A DNA stretch of 20,000 nucleotides, taken from an uncultured virus (IMG/VR IMGVR_UViG_3300025141_012307) (taxonomy: Duplodnaviria; Heunggongvirae; Uroviricota; Caudoviricetes). Position 1 is the first letter of the stretch. Each line of letters starts with the position of its first letter. Below, piece after piece: positions 17,086 through 20,000 of this stretch. A program made the position numbers and the translations under genes. The stretch lies in the IMG/VR virus record IMGVR_UViG_3300025141_012307. One strand, given 5' to 3'. The notes below the pieces were generated by a model. The model was not told where the DNA came from. It searched no databases and saw only the letters and a list, made by a program, of their open reading frames with translations.

Positions 17086-20000
17086 ATGAATTTCGACAAG
17101 CTTCTCGATAATCTTATTAATGAAATTATAGAAGAGCACCAAACTCCCGTCCGTCTTCTTAATGAGATAGACGATGATACTTACGACTATATTGTAGATC
17201 AGGCGGCAGACCTAAAGCCCGGCTCAATGAATTCTTATTTTGGTGGACAACAAAGGGTAGTCATACCCCTGATAGCATCAGAGAACGAAGAGATTAAAAA
17301 GTTCTATGATGAGGTTGTTATTCCTCTCGCTTCCAAAGGACTACGAGTAGACCTTAAGGACGGTGTTGCTGTCAAAGAGGTAGAGACCCAACGAGGGAAA
17401 CAAGAAAGAAAAATAAAATTAGGAAAGGTGATTGGAAAACAATTACCAGAAGAAACCCAAAAATGGTGGAATAAAGTCCAAGCAAAATTCTTAGGCAACC
17501 CTGAAGTTCTTGACAATAAGTATTCGATTGTAATCTCTCAGAATCCTGTTGATGTGGCTCGCATGTCGGATCACAGAGAAATTCAATCTTGTCATTCTCC
17601 TGGCTCTGATTATTTCCAGTGTGCGTTGGCAGATGCTCGCCGTGCCGGAGCCATCGCTTACTTGATCGACAGCGATGATGCACCCTATATTGAATCTCAC
17701 CTAAACGATCCAGAGGTATTTGTCGATCGTGACAGAGGTACGGAGGGTGTAACTCCGCTTGCTCGTGTCCGCCTCCGGCGCTTTGATTATGTCGAGCCGG
17801 ATAATGGATTTATAGACGCTTTCTTGGTTCCCGAGAGTAGAATCTATGGTCGCTCTGTGCCGGGATTCTTAAACAGCGTCATAGATTGGGCCCGAGAAGA
17901 GCAGGATGATCACCCCTTCTTTAAGAAGCAACTCGACCCCAGTAACATATACCATCGTGGCGGATCATATTCAGATTCGGCATTTTCGGCTATGTTCAAT
18001 AATTTATTGGGACTGGAGAATATTGAACTCAATGATGATTTAGAGATGTATCCTCATTCGATGCCCATGATCAACGATACAACAGATGAACAGTATGTTG
18101 ATCATGTTTCCGGAGAAGGACTTCAACGCCAAATGGATCACGGCGAAGAAATGATGTCGGATCTTAATCATGAATATTTCAATCACGACGATGTGAATCT
18201 TGATTACGATTTAGAGTGGGATGAGTGGGGGGAGTCTGTAGTAGTAGAGTCGTGGAAGGTGACAGTGGAATTCGATCTTCCAGTCCACGCAATTCTCAAT
18301 TCGGAATTCGTAAAAAACAACGAGAGCGTAAATGTCGATCCCGAAGATCCATGGACCATCCAACAAGACGAACTTAACCACAACAGTGTCTGGGGACATA
18401 TAGAATCACTAGTGGAAGAAGCCTACGAAAATTCGGATCATTACAATGAGTATCTTGAACAGCCTAGCTATGATGCCCAAGCAGAAGTGATCCGCTTTGG
18501 AGCAGAAGGAAAGCTTATTTATCGCATTAGGTTAGTTTGGGAAGGCGGCGGAGAACCTATTGCAATGTTTGATCAAAACATTGCTCAAGAGGTTTACAAT
18601 ATTCATAACTACTATGACGAACTCAAAATAGAAATTGTTGAGAAACTCATAGAAGAGGAAGTTTATGCTCCGACAAAATACCAAAAACTTCGTAAATCTA
18701 TAGAGTTTGATGAAGATGAGTATCTGAACCGTCTTGATGGCGAGAAGCTCGGACACTTTCGTATAGAGTTCCAGAGTGGTCATCTTACCGCATACACCCA
18801 CGAGAAATTGGACAACTATCCAGCACCGGGAATCCGCAAGATTGGCAAGTTCCCCGAGTGGGTAAAATCTAATGAGTCTCCTCCTTTGGCACATGTTATG
18901 GGATTTGATGCACACAATTTTAGCGGAATGTCCACTACTATCGCCTATAGCCCGAAGCGGATTATTGGTATGCTCCTCAACCCAATGTGGGGCGACAAAG
19001 TAATAGCACATCTTGAGAGCGACCTCGTTGATGCGTCCGTTGCTGCCCATAATCAACTTGCTTTAGCGTTTGATGCTTCTGACAGAGATGCAGAGGAAGA
19101 CAAAGAGTGGGGCGAGCGCAAAGATGCTTTAGAGGTGCTAAGAAGTATTAAGGTTTATTTCAGCGCAGATGTAATTTATTTAGGAGGAGAAACATATAGC
19201 GCCACAAATAAGCCAAGCCGCAGAGGAACCGGCGGACTATATTTCAAATTCAACGAAACAGATAACGAATACACCATCAAAGGACTTGTGCAGTTCTTAA
19301 AATATTTTGACGAACACTACGATGTAGTTCAGACAGCCATCCAAAAAGTTTGGGACGAGTTTGTCGATGCCTATAATGAGAACGCACCGATCGCTCAAGA
19401 GGAGGGTGTGCAATTTTTGCGGAACATGATCCAAGAAGTCATCGAGGAAGATCTCCGCATTGACAAGCATCCTCAAGCCGACCTCATCAAGAAGGCTGTC
19501 GGCGACGAGAACCATCTCATCTCCTTTTCTGACATTAATAAAGTCGGCCTCAACCCTGGGACTTCTTTCAATACTCCAGCAGGCATCTACGGATGGCACT
19601 TCACCCAACGCACTCTTCGGCGAGCAAAGAAAAATAAGATCTTCGCCTCTGAAAGAAAGTATGGTCATCTTCTTAAAATTAAGAATCCCGACAAGGTGCT
19701 GTGGCTAGGCACTGACCAAACAGGCACAAGTGCGAAGTCACCAGCAGAGGCTATGAAGTTATTCACCAAAGCATACCCTGTGCTTAACGAACCTAAAATC
19801 CAGTTTGACCCCGAAGGGAACATAGACCCTCGGTGGATAGGCAAAGACGATGGCTCAAGGAAGATCTCGGCAGCCGAATGGTTGCAAGATTCAGAAGTGG
19901 TAGCAGGCTATCGCACAACTTCCAGCCGCCAAACAGGCGGCGAGTCTAAATCAGAAAAACTATACGATCTTGTAATGGCTACTGCCGCTGTCCTTGAATT
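17086..20000 (+). CDS. Large multidomain hypothetical protein (>971 aa, 3'-truncated by the window); candidate injected effector/polyprotein
   Basis: Translated by hand from ATG 17086 (MNFDKLLDNLINEIIEE...) to the window end with no in-frame stop; SD GAGGA upstream; absent from the ORF track because no stop is reached. Confidence 0.9.
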   Translation, partial: MNFDKLLDNLINEIIEEHQTPVRLLNEIDDDTYDYIVDQAADLKPGSMNSYFGGQQRVVIPLIASENEEIKKFYDEVVIPLASKGLRVDLKDGVAVKEVETQRGKQERKIKLGKVIGKQLPEETQKWWNKVQAKFLGNPEVLDNKYSIVISQNPVDVARMSDHREIQSCHSPGSDYFQCALADARRAGAIAYLIDSDDAPYIESHLNDPEVFVDRDRGTEGVTPLARVRLRRFDYVEPDNGFIDAFLVPESRIYGRSVPGFLNSVIDWAREEQDDHPFFKKQLDPSNIYHRGGSYSDSAFSAMFNNLLGLENIELNDDLEMYPHSMPMINDTTDEQYVDHVSGEGLQRQMDHGEEMMSDLNHEYFNHDDVNLDYDLEWDEWGESVVVESWKVTVEFDLPVHAILNSEFVKNNESVNVDPEDPWTIQQDELNHNSVWGHIESLVEEAYENSDHYNEYLEQPSYDAQAEVIRFGAEGKLIYRIRLVWEGGGEPIAMFDQNIAQEVYNIHNYYDELKIEIVEKLIEEEVYAPTKYQKLRKSIEFDEDEYLNRLDGEKLGHFRIEFQSGHLTAYTHEKLDNYPAPGIRKIGKFPEWVKSNESPPLAHVMGFDAHNFSGMSTTIAYSPKRIIGMLLNPMWGDKVIAHLESDLVDASVAAHNQLALAFDASDRDAEEDKEWGERKDALEVLRSIKVYFSADVIYLGGETYSATNKPSRRGTGGLYFKFNETDNEYTIKGLVQFLKYFDEHYDVVQTAIQKVWDEFVDAYNENAPIAQEEGVQFLRNMIQEVIEEDLRIDKHPQADLIKKAVGDENHLISFSDINKVGLNPGTSFNTPAGIYGWHFTQRTLRRAKKNKIFASERKYGHLLKIKNPDKVLWLGTDQTGTSAKSPAEAMKLFTKAYPVLNEPKIQFDPEGNIDPRWIGKDDGSRKISAAEWLQDSEVVAGYRTTSSRQTGGESKSEKLYDLVMATAAVLE

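Noticed and set aside
995..19708. The many short minus-strand and alternate-frame ORFs in the track (e.g. 1646-1987, 13594-13926, 18532-19056, 19297-19668)
   Set aside because: All lie essentially within longer plus-strand genes, including the unlisted 17086 ORF, and show no recognisable motifs; treated as shadow ORFs.
1..20000. Stop-codon reassignment (TAG or TGA recoding, known in some large phages)
   Set aside because: Coding density is near complete in the standard code, and TAG, TGA and TAA all end genes right before the next start.
17011..20000. Apparent 3-kb gene-poor region suggested by the ORF track (possible ncRNA or array)
   Set aside because: Manual translation shows one continuous ORF from 17086; no repeats or RNA-gene signatures seen.

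Overview
A dense, all-plus-strand segment of what is most likely a large tailed-phage (jumbo/huge-phage-like) genome, read in the standard bacterial code. Bases 84-11559 hold six probable virion (tail/baseplate) genes, including two paralogous pairs. These are followed by a RuvC-like resolvase, a HAD 5'(3')-deoxyribonucleotidase with a sigma70-type promoter, and a Zn-ribbon/TOPRIM primase. Five unrelated accessory genes lie among these core genes (12159, 13253, 14005, 16702, and a >971-codon ORF from 17086 that the ORF track misses because it runs off the window). All five begin with a short leader ending in [I/L]-x-E, resembling T4 capsid-targeting/prohead-protease-cleaved propeptides, which suggests a set of head-packaged, injected effectors. 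One carries an HExxH zincin motif, and another is a multidomain protein with an internal copy of the leader. Non-coding signals read from the sequence: a TAWWTA late-promoter-like box exactly 4 nt before three SD-less ATGs; a 30-bp direct repeat bracketing the peptidase gene like a cassette; and an SD-sequestering hairpin that contains the late box (T4 gene e/soc-type switch). All functional calls come from motif recognition by eye, not database searches.
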